A stretch of DNA of 64,000 bases, taken from the NCBI GenBank assembly GCA_015066175.1, contig SVOW01000013.1, positions 38,562 to 102,561 on the forward strand. The letters are read 5' to 3'. This document shows positions 34,481 to 44,325 of the stretch, piece by piece. This DNA is from Oscillospiraceae bacterium (lineage in GTDB: Bacteria > Bacillota > Clostridia > Oscillospirales > Acutalibacteraceae). Position 1 is the first letter of the stretch. Each line of letters opens with the position of its first letter. Made by a program: the position numbers and the translations under genes. Under the pieces are notes generated by a model that was given only the letters and a program-made list of their open reading frames with translations, ran no database searches and was not told the DNA's origin.

Positions 34481-36232
34481 TTAGTCATTGTAAAGTGACT
34501 TTTTAACATAAGATGTGTGAAGAATATCGTGAGCCTTGTGGCTTCCGGGTTCACCGAAGAATTCATCATAAATCATCTTGATTGCAGGGTTGTCCTGGCT
34601 CTTTCTCAAGGGCAGGTTCTTATCTGCTTCGTAGATAGCCTGAGCACGAAGGCCCTTAAGATCAACGAAGTTACGAACTGATGCAGGCTGGATGGGCTGA
34701 CCGCCGCCGTTTACACAACCGCCGGGACAAGCCATGATTTCGATAAACTGATAATCACAAGTACCTGCTTTAACTTTTTCCATAACTTCCTGAGCATTCT
34801 TGATACCGCTTACTGCAGCAACCTTGAGTTCAAGACCGCCAACTGTGTAAGTTGCTTCTTTGATGCCCTGTGTGCCTCTTACTTCTGTGAACTCAACACT
34901 GTCAAGTTCTTTACCTGTAAGAACTTCTGCAGCATAACGAAGAGCAGCTTCCATAACGCCGCCTGTTGCGCCGAAGATAACGCCTGCGCCTGTGCCTTCG
35001 CCGAGAGGATTATCAAACTGTTCGTCGGGAAGAAGGTCGAAGTTGATACCTGCAGTTTTGATCATACTTGCAAGTTCACGTGTTGTGATTGAGTAATCAA
35101 CATCTGCAAAACCTGCTGCTGACTGGTCATCACGTTTATTTTCGCCTTTTTTAGCTGTACAAGGCATAACTGCAACAACAACAATCTTTGCAGGGTCAAT
35201 GTTCATCTTCTGTGCATACCATGTTTTCATAACTGCACCGAACATCTGCTGAGGTGATTTACAGCTTGAAAGATTATCAATCTGTTCGGGATAGTAATGT
35301 TCGCAGAAATTAACCCAACCGGGTGAACATGATGTGATAAGGGGAAGTTTGCCGCCTTCTTTGATTCTGTGAAGAAGTTCTGTACCTTCTTCCATAATTG
35401 TAAGGTCAGCAGAGAAGTCTGTATCAAATACTTTATTGAAGCCAAGTCTGTGAAGAGCTGCAGCCATTTTACCTGTTACGTTTGTGCCTACTTTGTAACC
35501 GAAGCATTCACCGAGTGTAACACGGATTGAGGGAGCAGTGTTAACAATAACGAATTTATCAGGGTCGTTGATTGCATCAAATACAGCTTTTGTATCGTCT
35601 TTTTCATAAAGAGCACCTGTGGGGCAGTTAACAATACACTGACCACATTCTACGCAAGCGAAAGATGCAAGACCTTTTTCAAATGCAGAGCCGATGTGAG
35701 TATCGAAACCACGTGCGTTTGCACCGATAACACCAACATACTGGTTGTCACAAGCTGCAACACAACGACGGCAAAGGATACATTTGTTGTTATCTCTTAC
35801 CATGTGAGTAGCTGATGTGTCGATTTCCCAAACAGGTTTTTCGCCATCAAAGCGGCTTTCATCATCAACGCCATATTCAAGGCAGAGTTTCTGAAGTTCA
35901 CAAGAACCGCTTCTTACACAAGAGAGACATTTTCTTTCGTGAGTTGAAAGAAGAAGCTCAAGTGTAGTTTTGCGTGATTCGTGAACTCTGGGTGTGTTTG
36001 TGAAAACTTCCATACCCTCGTTTACGGGGAATACGCAAGCTGAAACAAGACGGTTGCCTCTGGGGCCACCAACTTCTACCATACAAAAACGGCAAGCACC
36101 GATTTCGTTCATTTCTTTAAGGTAGCAAAGTGTGGGGATTTCGATACCTGCATATCTTGCAGCTTCGAGAATTGTTGTACCGCCGGGCACGCTTAAGGGC
36201 ATGCCGTTGATTTTAATATTTACCATTTCCAT
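34481..36232 (-). CDS. hydA: [FeFe] hydrogenase catalytic subunit, bifurcating HydABC type
   Basis: N-terminal 2Fe-2S and 4Fe-4S domains. H-cluster motifs TSCSPGWV, MPCTAKKGE and EIMACPGGCVNGGGQP. ATG 36232 lies 8 nt after AAAGGAG. Confidence 0.92.
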   Translation of the reverse strand: MEMVNIKINGMPLSVPGGTTILEAARYAGIEIPTLCYLKEMNEIGACRFCMVEVGGPRGNRLVSACVFPVNEGMEVFTNTPRVHESRKTTLELLLSTHERKCLSCVRSGSCELQKLCLEYGVDDESRFDGEKPVWEIDTSATHMVRDNNKCILCRRCVAACDNQYVGVIGANARGFDTHIGSAFEKGLASFACVECGQCIVNCPTGALYEKDDTKAVFDAINDPDKFVIVNTAPSIRVTLGECFGYKVGTNVTGKMAAALHRLGFNKVFDTDFSADLTIMEEGTELLHRIKEGGKLPLITSCSPGWVNFCEHYYPEQIDNLSSCKSPQQMFGAVMKTWYAQKMNIDPAKIVVVAVMPCTAKKGENKRDDQSAAGFADVDYSITTRELASMIKTAGINFDLLPDEQFDNPLGEGTGAGVIFGATGGVMEAALRYAAEVLTGKELDSVEFTEVRGTQGIKEATYTVGGLELKVAAVSGIKNAQEVMEKVKAGTCDYQFIEIMACPGGCVNGGGQPIQPASVRNFVDLKGLRAQAIYEADKNLPLRKSQDNPAIKMIYDEFFGEPGSHKAHDILHTSYVKKSLYND

Positions 36233-36252
36233 TGTTGGCACACTCCTTTCAA

Positions 36253-38043
36253 TTAACCTTTGATAATAGCGCCGAACTTACATTTAGATTCGCAAACGCC
36301 GCACTTGATACATTTTGTAGTATCGATTGTGTGTACTTCTTTAACTGAGCCTGAAATTGCACCAACGGGGCAGTTTCTTGCGCAGAGAGTACAGCCTTTA
36401 CATTTATCTGCTACGATTGTGTAGTTAAGAAGAGCCTTACATACGCCTGCAGGACATTTCTTATCTACAACGTGAGCAATATATTCATCTTTGAAGAATT
36501 TGAGAGTTGCAAGAACGGGGTTGGGAGCTGTCTGGCCGAGACCGCAAAGTGAGTTTTCTTTGATGTAATGAGCAAGGCTTTCAATTTCATCAAGAGTTTC
36601 CATTGTTGCTTTACCGTCTGTAACTTTTTCAAGAAGCTCTCTTAAACGTTTTGTACCGATACGGCAGGGAGCACATTTACCGCAAGATTCATCAACTGTA
36701 AAGTCGAGGAAGAACTTAGCAATGTCAACCATACAGTTGTCTTCGTCCATAACGATAAGACCGCCTGAACCCATCATACAGCCGATTGCTGTGAGGTTAT
36801 CGTAGTCGATTTCTGTATCCATAAGTGATGCAGGAATACAACCACCTGAAGGACCACCTGTCTGTGCTGCTTTGAATTTTTTACCATTGGGAACGCCGCC
36901 GCCGATATCTTCGATGATTTCGCGAAGTGTTGTACCCATGGGAATTTCAACAAGACCTGTGTTCTTGATTTTACCACCGAGAGCGAATACTTTTGTACCT
37001 GCTGAACGTTCTGTACCCATTGACTTGAAGAAGTCTGCTCCGTGAAGGATAATCTGGGGAATGTTAGCAAAAGTTTCAACGTTGTTTTCTGTTGTGGGTT
37101 TAGCAAAAAGACCTTTAACTGCCGGATAGGGAGGTCTGGGTCTGGGCTCGCCTCTGTTACCTTCGATTGAAGTCATAAGAGCTGTTTCTTCACCGCAAAC
37201 GAAAGCACCTGCACCAAGACGGATGAAGAGGTCAAAGTCGAAGCCTGAACCGAAGATGTTTTTACCGAGAAGGCCGTGTTCTCTTGCCTGGTCGATAGCA
37301 ATCTGAAGACGCTGAACAGCGATGGGATATTCTGCACGAACATAAACGTAACCTTCTGTTGCACCTGTTGCGTAACCGCAGATAGCCATAGCTTCGATGA
37401 TACAGTGGGGGTCACCTTCAAGAACTGAACGGTCCATGAATGCACCCGGGTCACCTTCGTCAGCGTTACATACAACGTATTTCTGGTCTGCAGCGTTCTT
37501 TGATGTGAATTCCCATTTCATACCTGTGGGGAATCCGCCGCCGCCACGACCACGAAGTCCTGAATCCTTAACAACTTTGATAACGTCTTCGGGAGTCATT
37601 TCTGTCAAGCACTTTGCGAGAGCCTGATAGCCATCGTATGCGATATATTCTTCGATGTTTTCGGGGTCGATAACACCGCAGTTACGAAGAGCGATTCTCT
37701 TCTGTTTTTTGTAGAAGTTTGTTTCGTTGAGAGATTTGATTTCTTTTTCGCTTACAACTGTTTCATCATAGAGAAGACGTGTAACGATACGACCTTTGAG
37801 AAGGTGTTCTTCAACGATTTCCGGAACGTCTTCAACTTTAACTTCACTGTAGAAGCAGCCTTCCGGATAAACAATCATAATGGGGCCTAATGCACAAAGA
37901 CCAAAACAACCTGTTTTGATAACTTTGATTTCTTTATCGAGGCCTTTATCGGCAATCTCTTTTTCAAGAGCTTCGATAATTGCACCGCTGTTTGAGGAAG
38001 TACAACCGGTACCGCCGCAAACAAGCACATGTGAACGATACAT
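36253..38043 (-). CDS. hydB: NuoF-like NAD(H)/FMN-binding hydrogenase subunit
   Basis: GRGGGGFPTG and ESCGKCAPCR, with C-terminal 2x[4Fe-4S]. Confidence 0.92.
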   Translation of the reverse strand: MYRSHVLVCGGTGCTSSNSGAIIEALEKEIADKGLDKEIKVIKTGCFGLCALGPIMIVYPEGCFYSEVKVEDVPEIVEEHLLKGRIVTRLLYDETVVSEKEIKSLNETNFYKKQKRIALRNCGVIDPENIEEYIAYDGYQALAKCLTEMTPEDVIKVVKDSGLRGRGGGGFPTGMKWEFTSKNAADQKYVVCNADEGDPGAFMDRSVLEGDPHCIIEAMAICGYATGATEGYVYVRAEYPIAVQRLQIAIDQAREHGLLGKNIFGSGFDFDLFIRLGAGAFVCGEETALMTSIEGNRGEPRPRPPYPAVKGLFAKPTTENNVETFANIPQIILHGADFFKSMGTERSAGTKVFALGGKIKNTGLVEIPMGTTLREIIEDIGGGVPNGKKFKAAQTGGPSGGCIPASLMDTEIDYDNLTAIGCMMGSGGLIVMDEDNCMVDIAKFFLDFTVDESCGKCAPCRIGTKRLRELLEKVTDGKATMETLDEIESLAHYIKENSLCGLGQTAPNPVLATLKFFKDEYIAHVVDKKCPAGVCKALLNYTIVADKCKGCTLCARNCPVGAISGSVKEVHTIDTTKCIKCGVCESKCKFGAIIKG

Positions 38044-38056
38044 GCTTTTTTCCTCC

Positions 38057-38437
38057 TTATTCTGTAAGTGATGCTACTGTGTATTCAGTAACAGGATTTC
38101 CGTTTACAATATGGTCTGCAACGACTCTTGCGATTTTATCGGGAGTCATTTTGATATAAGTTACTTTTTCTTTACCGGGTGCGAAAACTTCAACGATGGG
38201 CTCATACTGGCACATACCGATGCAACCTGTCTGTGAAACAGTAACGTTTTTAAGGTTTCTTTTTGCTACTTCGTCAACGAAGCCGTTGAGAACGGGACGA
38301 GCGCCTGCTGCGATACCGCAAGTTGCCATACCTACAACAATTCTTGTAACTTCTGCGCTGCCGTCTGCTGATTCTCTTGTTGTGATGTTTGCCTGTGCTT
38401 TTGCTTTTATAGCAAGTAATTCTTCAAGAGTTTTCAT
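38057..38437 (-). CDS. Thioredoxin-like [2Fe-2S] ferredoxin
   Basis: VGMATCGIAAGA and GCIGMCQYEP. Confidence 0.75.
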   Translation of the reverse strand: MKTLEELLAIKAKAQANITTRESADGSAEVTRIVVGMATCGIAAGARPVLNGFVDEVAKRNLKNVTVSQTGCIGMCQYEPIVEVFAPGKEKVTYIKMTPDKIARVVADHIVNGNPVTEYTVASLTE

Positions 38438-38988
38438 TATGTTACACCTCCACGGATAATTTGTGATTGTTCGCTGATATAATCTTTAAGCCATAATCTG
38501 ACTTCTGTTTCGTTGAAACTTACGCCGCCGAGAATTTCTTTGAGATCTGCAGTTTTCAGAACAAACTCGTTATCGTCTTTTTTCAGGCGATAGACAAAAT
38601 CTATTTCCTCGTGCATTGTTATCAACATTAATATTGTGGCATCAATATCGCCCAAAGGGGTGAAATCAATGCTATCGGTTTTAAAATGGGCTGAGATTTC
38701 AGTGCCTTTGCCTAACTCTGATTGAAGAGATAAGCTTCCGCCTGTCATTTCTGCTGCCATTTTGAACAAGGGAATTCCCATGCCTACTTTTCTTGTAGTG
38801 CGTGTTGTGTAGAACGGGTCTTTAACACTTTTTAAAGTTTCCTCGCTCATTCCCCTGCCGTTATCACGGATTATTATCGAAAGAGTTTTTTCCTTTGTAT
38901 CTTCAAGGACATCAATTTCAATCAGGCTTGCACCTGCTGAAACTGAATTTTCGGTAATATCGAGAACGTTAAGTGATAATTCACGCAT
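38437..38988 (-). CDS. Histidine-kinase-like ATPase (HATPase_c only) embedded in the hyd operon
   Basis: LNVLDITENSV, DNGRGM and GMGIPL (N, G1 and G2 boxes). Confidence 0.75.
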   Translation of the reverse strand: MRELSLNVLDITENSVSAGASLIEIDVLEDTKEKTLSIIIRDNGRGMSEETLKSVKDPFYTTRTTRKVGMGIPLFKMAAEMTGGSLSLQSELGKGTEISAHFKTDSIDFTPLGDIDATILMLITMHEEIDFVYRLKKDDNEFVLKTADLKEILGGVSFNETEVRLWLKDYISEQSQIIRGGVT

Positions 38989-38990
38989 AA

Positions 38991-39488
38991 TTATGCTTTA
39001 TATTTTGCTACGATACCGGGAATGTCTTTTGCTTCAAGTTTGCCGTAAACTTCATCGTTTACAGTGATAACGGGAGCAAGACCGCAAGCACCGATGCAAC
39101 GGCAGTCTTCAAGTGAGAATTTACCGTCAGGTGTGCATTCTTTAGCGCCAATGCCGAGAACTTCTTCAAGTTTGTCAATAAGTTCCTGTGCACCTTTAAC
39201 ATAGCAAGCTGTACCAAGGCAAACTGAGAAGTTATATTCGCCCTTGGGAGAAAGTGAGAACTGTGCATAGAATGTTGAAACACCATAAACTTTTTCTACG
39301 GGTACACCCATTCCATCTGCGATCATTTTCTGCACCTCGATCGGAAGATAACCATAAATGCCCTGTGCTTCCTGCATTACGTGCATAAGAAGACTTTTGT
39401 CATGTTTGCTTTCCTCAATAACGGCCTGAAGCTTTGCAGCCTGTTCAGGTGTGCCGTTGAAAGGATTGCTGCTGATTTTTTTAACCAT
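38991..39488 (-). CDS. hydC: NuoE-like [2Fe-2S] hydrogenase subunit
   Basis: VCLGTACYVKGA and CRCIGACGLAPV. Confidence 0.9.
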   Translation of the reverse strand: MVKKISSNPFNGTPEQAAKLQAVIEESKHDKSLLMHVMQEAQGIYGYLPIEVQKMIADGMGVPVEKVYGVSTFYAQFSLSPKGEYNFSVCLGTACYVKGAQELIDKLEEVLGIGAKECTPDGKFSLEDCRCIGACGLAPVITVNDEVYGKLEAKDIPGIVAKYKA

Positions 39489-39626
39489 TACTGTTCCTCC
39501 TTTTCACAAATTGTACTTTCGCAAAAATTATAAATCAAAGCTTAACAATTTGCTAAAACATACGCTGTTATTGTAGCACATACACCACAAAAAATCAATA
39601 TTAAAACTACGATTTCAACACGATTT

Positions 39627-40331
39627 TTACAATATTGACAAAATTTTGTCAATTTCTTGTGCATCTACATTAATTTTGCCACCGGCAGAGCCGATATTCT
39701 CCAAATAATGTGCATCGGAGCTTGATAAAATGTTCATTTTTTCAAGCACCGGAAACCTTTTTATGTAGTCGCTTCTGTCTGCATCTTTTGTGATTTCCGC
39801 AGTAGTGAAACCCATATATTCATCAATCATACCAAGGTTTGAAATCACGCTGTAAGACGAACGGTCAATGTGTGCAGGAAAAGCTACACCGCCGAAACTT
39901 TTTATCAATTCAGGCACTTTGTCGAGTGATACGTTTGCAGCAGTTGTAAGAAGCAACTCTTCGCTGCCTGTGATGTTATCTTTATGGTCCATAATAAGCT
40001 GTTCACCGAAAATTTCAGATCTGTTTTTCACAGGCGGAATTCTTTCTCTGACATAAGAAGAAAAATCAAGGGCTTTTTCAAGGTCAGGAAAAAGGCACAC
40101 AACATGAACTTCTTCATCTGTGCACAATTCCATACCGGGGATTACAAGAATGCCCGCTTCTTCCCCCGCTTTTATTGCAGCAGGGCAGTTAAGGCAGGTA
40201 TTGTGGTCTGTCAGAGCAATAACGTCAAGCCCCATAATCTTTGCCATATTGACAAGATTATAGGGCGTCATATCATTATCTCCGCAAGGAGACAAGCAGG
40301 AATGTAAATGGAAATCGTAATTCAGTTCCAT
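39627..40331 (-). CDS. PHP-domain phosphoesterase
   Basis: DFHLHSCLSPCGD and ALTDHN. Confidence 0.75.
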   Translation of the reverse strand: MELNYDFHLHSCLSPCGDNDMTPYNLVNMAKIMGLDVIALTDHNTCLNCPAAIKAGEEAGILVIPGMELCTDEEVHVVCLFPDLEKALDFSSYVRERIPPVKNRSEIFGEQLIMDHKDNITGSEELLLTTAANVSLDKVPELIKSFGGVAFPAHIDRSSYSVISNLGMIDEYMGFTTAEITKDADRSDYIKRFPVLEKMNILSSSDAHYLENIGSAGGKINVDAQEIDKILSIL

Positions 40332-40343
40332 TTTACTCTCTCC

Positions 40344-40676
40344 TTACTTTAATTCTTCGTAGATTTTTGTTGCAGTTTCATAAGTGTTCATTTCTGTCTG
40401 CAACACGATTACACTGTTTTCCTGTGCACGTTTAAGTGCATCGGCATCAAATGCAGCATTTTCTGTAAGCACAATGCAGGCAACGTCAGAAAGCACCGCA
40501 ACACCTACAGAGTTCACATTACCCATAACGGTAAGCCAGATATCGTCGGCATTTGCCCTTGACATAACCCAGCTTAAAAGGTCGCCACAGTAGCAACCCT
40601 TTGCTTCGCGTGTTTCGATATCTGCTGCATTTAAAATTTTCATTGAATATTTTTCTGCTAAATCTTTGACTTTCAT
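40344..40676 (-). CDS. DRTGG-domain protein
   Basis: A small protein resembling the paralog at 44748..45098 and sitting in the same type of context. Confidence 0.6.
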   Translation of the reverse strand: MKVKDLAEKYSMKILNAADIETREAKGCYCGDLLSWVMSRANADDIWLTVMGNVNSVGVAVLSDVACIVLTENAAFDADALKRAQENSVIVLQTEMNTYETATKIYEELK

Positions 40677-40710
40677 AGGAAAAATCCTTTCAGGAGTTTA
40701 TTACAGATTC

Positions 40711-40740
40711 GTACGGGACGATGTGGGCATCGTCCCATAC
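40711..40740. repeat. REP hairpin flanking the RAYT gene (downstream side)
   Basis: GTACGGGACGATG TGGG CATCGTCCCATAC. Confidence 0.8.
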
Positions 40741-40754
40741 GGTGATAATTTAAG

Positions 40755-41213
40755 TTATAAAATATATTTTTCCACCCAACGGTATGGGTTTGATTCAATA
40801 TATTTCCATGTTTCCTCATAGTCTTGTCTGTTACGGATAACGTGGTCAAAATATGAACGTTGAAAAATCGAAAAACCTATATTCTTTGTAACCAACGTTT
40901 TGAATGACTTAATCCGTTTTTCGATTCCTGTAGGGGTCGATGCCCACATCGACCCGTCTATGATAATTATCATATGAATATGGTCGGGCATAATAACATA
41001 TTTATCAATTCCCGGAATTGATTTTATATATTTTTCAACAGTCTTTCCATATTCCGTCAGCACAACTCGCGGGACGATGTGGGCATCGTCCCCTACAATA
41101 ATCTCTGACAAAATCCGTTTGCGTCCATTAGTACACAACGTAATAAAATACGCACCGGGTGTGGAATAATCGTATTCTTTTAATCTCGTTTGTTTACGTT
41201 CAGGTAATGGCAT
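40755..41213 (-). CDS. IS200/IS605-like Y1 (HUH) transposase of the REP-associated (RAYT) type
   Basis: MPLPERKQTRLKEYDYSTPGAYFITLCT, the HUH motif PDHIHMIII and the C-terminal Tyr region QDYEETWKYIESNP. ATG 41213 is used. The ORF-track extension to 41255 is rejected. Confidence 0.8.
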   Translation of the reverse strand: MPLPERKQTRLKEYDYSTPGAYFITLCTNGRKRILSEIIVGDDAHIVPRVVLTEYGKTVEKYIKSIPGIDKYVIMPDHIHMIIIIDGSMWASTPTGIEKRIKSFKTLVTKNIGFSIFQRSYFDHVIRNRQDYEETWKYIESNPYRWVEKYIL

Positions 41214-41242
41214 ATATATACCGCCTGTTTTGTGGATTTTTG

Positions 41243-41268
41243 CGGTCGACCACAAGGGTCGACCCTAC
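41243..41268. repeat. REP hairpin flanking the RAYT gene (upstream side)
   Basis: The reverse complement reads GTAGGGTCGACCCTTGTGGTCGACCG. Confidence 0.75.
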
Positions 41269-41278
41269 AGTATCAATT

Positions 41279-42910
41279 TTAAATAATCTTATTATTTTTC
41301 TCAACAATTTCCCCTACGCAATGTGTTTCAAGTGTGTATGGGGCGTCGAAAACATTATTGGTGATTTCTGCTTTTGCAAGGTATGTAAGATAAAACAGAT
41401 GTCTATCTTCTTTGGGTTTTTGGAATGTGTTGCCTGTTACAACAAGCTCACCGTGGACAAAATGCGCGGAATTCTCATCCATCACTTTCGGGGAATATCT
41501 GATTACGGGGGCTCCCTTCCACATAGAAGCGTGCTCGCACTGTTTTACAATGTTGTTTCTGAAAACAACCTTTTTCGTATAGCCTGATTCAAACCAGAAA
41601 TTGCAATCATCTTCCAAAAGAAGCGCAGGTCCCCAAAGGCTGTCGAAAACATTATTTTCAATTACAACTTCGCCACGGGTTGTGCATAAAACTCCTCTGC
41701 CCGATGTTGTGCCGAAATTGCAGTTTCGCACATACAAATCAGGTGTCCACGTTGCGTTTTCCACAACGTCTTTGCCGACTTCTATGTTATCATTCAGATT
41801 CGTAAGATAAAGTCTGATATCTGTGTCGTTTAATTTTTCGTAAGATAAAACTTCCGTTTCGCCAAAAGGTGCAAGAGTATTCCACTTGATAAATTCAAGT
41901 TTATCGCCTTTTTCAAAAGCCTGAAAGCCCCAGCTTTCGGGATGCATAAAACGGACAGTTATAGTTTTTTTGCGTTTGTTTCTTCTGATAATTCTCAGAT
42001 GAGTGCCATGCACATTCACATAGTCATCGTGTGCACCCCACGCTTTTATGTTATCGAGGATTATTCTGCCTTTACAGCCTGAAAACTGAAAGAAATCGGC
42101 TGTGCTTGCAACTGTCCTTCCCTCTTTGGGTGTAAAATCGCAGTTTTCAAATTTTACATTTTCGCAGAATTGTGAAACAACACCGAGCCCGTGCATAAAT
42201 TTCATACGGATATTTTTAAATTCAAGATTTCTGCATCTTTCAAAGAAGCTGCCTGTCTGGTCGCGGACAATATTTCTTGACTGAATAATATGACCTACAG
42301 GAAAATCGGCATCTTTGTAAACAAGCTCTGCACGGAAAGTGTCTTCGCTTATTTTTTCTGCCTTTTTAAACTCAAGTGTTTCACGCCTGAAATCCCGTGT
42401 GAGCCTTGTTTCGGGATTGAAAATTTTTATAAATCTGCCCTGACCGTATGTTTTTCCCTGCCAGTAGGGTTTGCCGTTTTCGGCTGTTTCGCCTTTAAGA
42501 ATAAGGTCTTTTCCGTCAATATCAAAAATGCAATCACTGTTTACTCTGAATTCGCAGATACCATTGTTGTTTGAAAGAATTTCAAACTCCGTCATAGTGG
42601 GGCAGAAATAGTCTACTGCAAGATTTTCAACAGTGATGTTTTCACATTTATAAAAAAGCAACGGAGTCATTTTTCCGTGGACACAGATTTCTGCACCGTT
42701 TCCGCGGATTGTAATATTCTTTTTATTTTCAAGGAATATGGCACAATAACGCGTACCCTTGGGATTTTCGTGTCTTTTGGCTGTGTTTGAACAGTAGTAT
42801 CCTGTTTTCACGAAAGAATCTTCAGGTTTTATATGGTATATTCTGCCTTTTTCAAGTTCAACAACATCGCCGTCGGCAACATTTTCAAACAGTGTGCTCA
42901 GTTCATTCAT
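41279..42910 (-). CDS. Right-handed parallel beta-helix protein (putative cytoplasmic glycoside hydrolase or lyase)
   Basis: Repeated short strand motifs (ITIRGNG, ITVENLAV, VKFENCDF, LYVRNCNF, VVIENNVF, VVFRNNIV, ITNNVF). No signal peptide. The start codon lies 2 nt after the upstream stop. Confidence 0.6.
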   Translation of the reverse strand: MNELSTLFENVADGDVVELEKGRIYHIKPEDSFVKTGYYCSNTAKRHENPKGTRYCAIFLENKKNITIRGNGAEICVHGKMTPLLFYKCENITVENLAVDYFCPTMTEFEILSNNNGICEFRVNSDCIFDIDGKDLILKGETAENGKPYWQGKTYGQGRFIKIFNPETRLTRDFRRETLEFKKAEKISEDTFRAELVYKDADFPVGHIIQSRNIVRDQTGSFFERCRNLEFKNIRMKFMHGLGVVSQFCENVKFENCDFTPKEGRTVASTADFFQFSGCKGRIILDNIKAWGAHDDYVNVHGTHLRIIRRNKRKKTITVRFMHPESWGFQAFEKGDKLEFIKWNTLAPFGETEVLSYEKLNDTDIRLYLTNLNDNIEVGKDVVENATWTPDLYVRNCNFGTTSGRGVLCTTRGEVVIENNVFDSLWGPALLLEDDCNFWFESGYTKKVVFRNNIVKQCEHASMWKGAPVIRYSPKVMDENSAHFVHGELVVTGNTFQKPKEDRHLFYLTYLAKAEITNNVFDAPYTLETHCVGEIVEKNNKII

Positions 42911-42912
42911 AA

Positions 42913-44205
42913 TTATTCTTCTTTTCTGTAGGGTGCAGGGATGAGGCTTTCCATTTCGCTGTCGTCAAGCTGTTTGCGAAGCATAAAGATGCAGTCGTTT
43001 ACGCTTGCGTAACCTTTCACAACATCTTCTGCAAGTGCTTTGCAAGATGGTGCACCGCAAGTGCCACAGTCAAGGTTAGGAAGCATTTTCTGAATTTCTT
43101 TAATATCTGTCATCATACGCATTGCATCAACAATATTACCTGAAAGACGCATTACGGGAAGTTCTTCAAGGGGCTTCTGCCAGAACATTTCGTGAGGTAC
43201 ATTGTCATCACCTATTCTGTTACAGGCAACAGGCAGATATTTTTTCAGAGTCTGCAGACGATTTTTTGCAATATATGGGTTTTCTGCTGTAAGACAACCG
43301 CCTACGCAACCTTCAGTGCAGGCGTTAAGTTCAATAAAATCAACATTATTAAGTTTGTTATCCTCAATTTCTTCAAGGATTTTAATAACATTTTCGATAC
43401 CATCAACGTGAAGGCTGTTATCCAAAAGAAGCGCTGATGCTTCGCCACCGCTTACAGCCCAACCTACACCGATTCTGCCTGAATGCTGAATATTTTCGAT
43501 TTCGGTCACTTTCTTCATCTGCTGCATCATTACAGGATAAATATCGCTGATAGCAACAGCACCATCGAGATTTGATTTCTCGCTGAAAAGCGGCTGTTTG
43601 ATTGCAGTGATTTTTGCAGGACAAGGCGTAATGAAGAAAACGCCTATGTCTTCTGATTCGAGATTATGTTCTTTCATTGCCTTTTCACGTGCCATACGTG
43701 CTGCTTCCTCAAAGGGTGCATTAAGATTCACAACATTTGGGATAAGCTCGGGGAATGAAATTCTGATAAGTCTGCACACAACAGGACACGCCGATGAAAT
43801 CACAGGTTTTCTGAAAGCACCTGCTGCCATCAATTTTCTTGTTGCGTGTGACACAAGCTCTGCACCTTTTGAAACCTCGGCAACTTCATCAAATCCCATT
43901 CTTTTAAGCACATTCAGGATAATATTGATATCGTCAAGGTTTGCAAATTGACCGTAAAGGGCAGGTGCAGGAAGTGCAATTCTGTATTTATAATTTACAA
44001 TGCTTGTTAAAGATTCACGCTCTGCATATTTTGCGTGATGGGGGCAAACCCTGATACATTCACCACAGTCAATGCATCTTTCGTGAATCATTTTTGCCTT
44101 ACCTTTACGCACACGTATTGCCTCGGTAGGGCATCTTTTTATACAGTTCATACAACCAACACATTTTGATGTGTCAAGGCGTACTGAATGAAAATATTTA
44201 TCCAT
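42913..44205 (-). CDS. [FeFe]-hydrogenase-like protein, candidate sensory/regulatory hydrogenase
   Basis: N-terminal 2x[4Fe-4S] (CVGCMNCIKRCP, CIDCGECIRVCP). The H-cluster-like motifs are altered: SSACPVV versus TSCCP, TPCPAK versus MPCxxK, ELNACTEGCVGG. A C-terminal 4-Cys motif CGTCGAPSC is present. Confidence 0.7.
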   Translation of the reverse strand: MDKYFHSVRLDTSKCVGCMNCIKRCPTEAIRVRKGKAKMIHERCIDCGECIRVCPHHAKYAERESLTSIVNYKYRIALPAPALYGQFANLDDINIILNVLKRMGFDEVAEVSKGAELVSHATRKLMAAGAFRKPVISSACPVVCRLIRISFPELIPNVVNLNAPFEEAARMAREKAMKEHNLESEDIGVFFITPCPAKITAIKQPLFSEKSNLDGAVAISDIYPVMMQQMKKVTEIENIQHSGRIGVGWAVSGGEASALLLDNSLHVDGIENVIKILEEIEDNKLNNVDFIELNACTEGCVGGCLTAENPYIAKNRLQTLKKYLPVACNRIGDDNVPHEMFWQKPLEELPVMRLSGNIVDAMRMMTDIKEIQKMLPNLDCGTCGAPSCKALAEDVVKGYASVNDCIFMLRKQLDDSEMESLIPAPYRKEE

Positions 44206-44325
44206 AAAGACCTCCCGTTTTTTATAGAGAAGTAAAAGTAAATTACACTATTCCGAGAAAATAAAGCAACGCAAATAATCCCAGAAGCAATATGATAAAA
44301 GCAAACATAAAAAACCTGCTTATAT

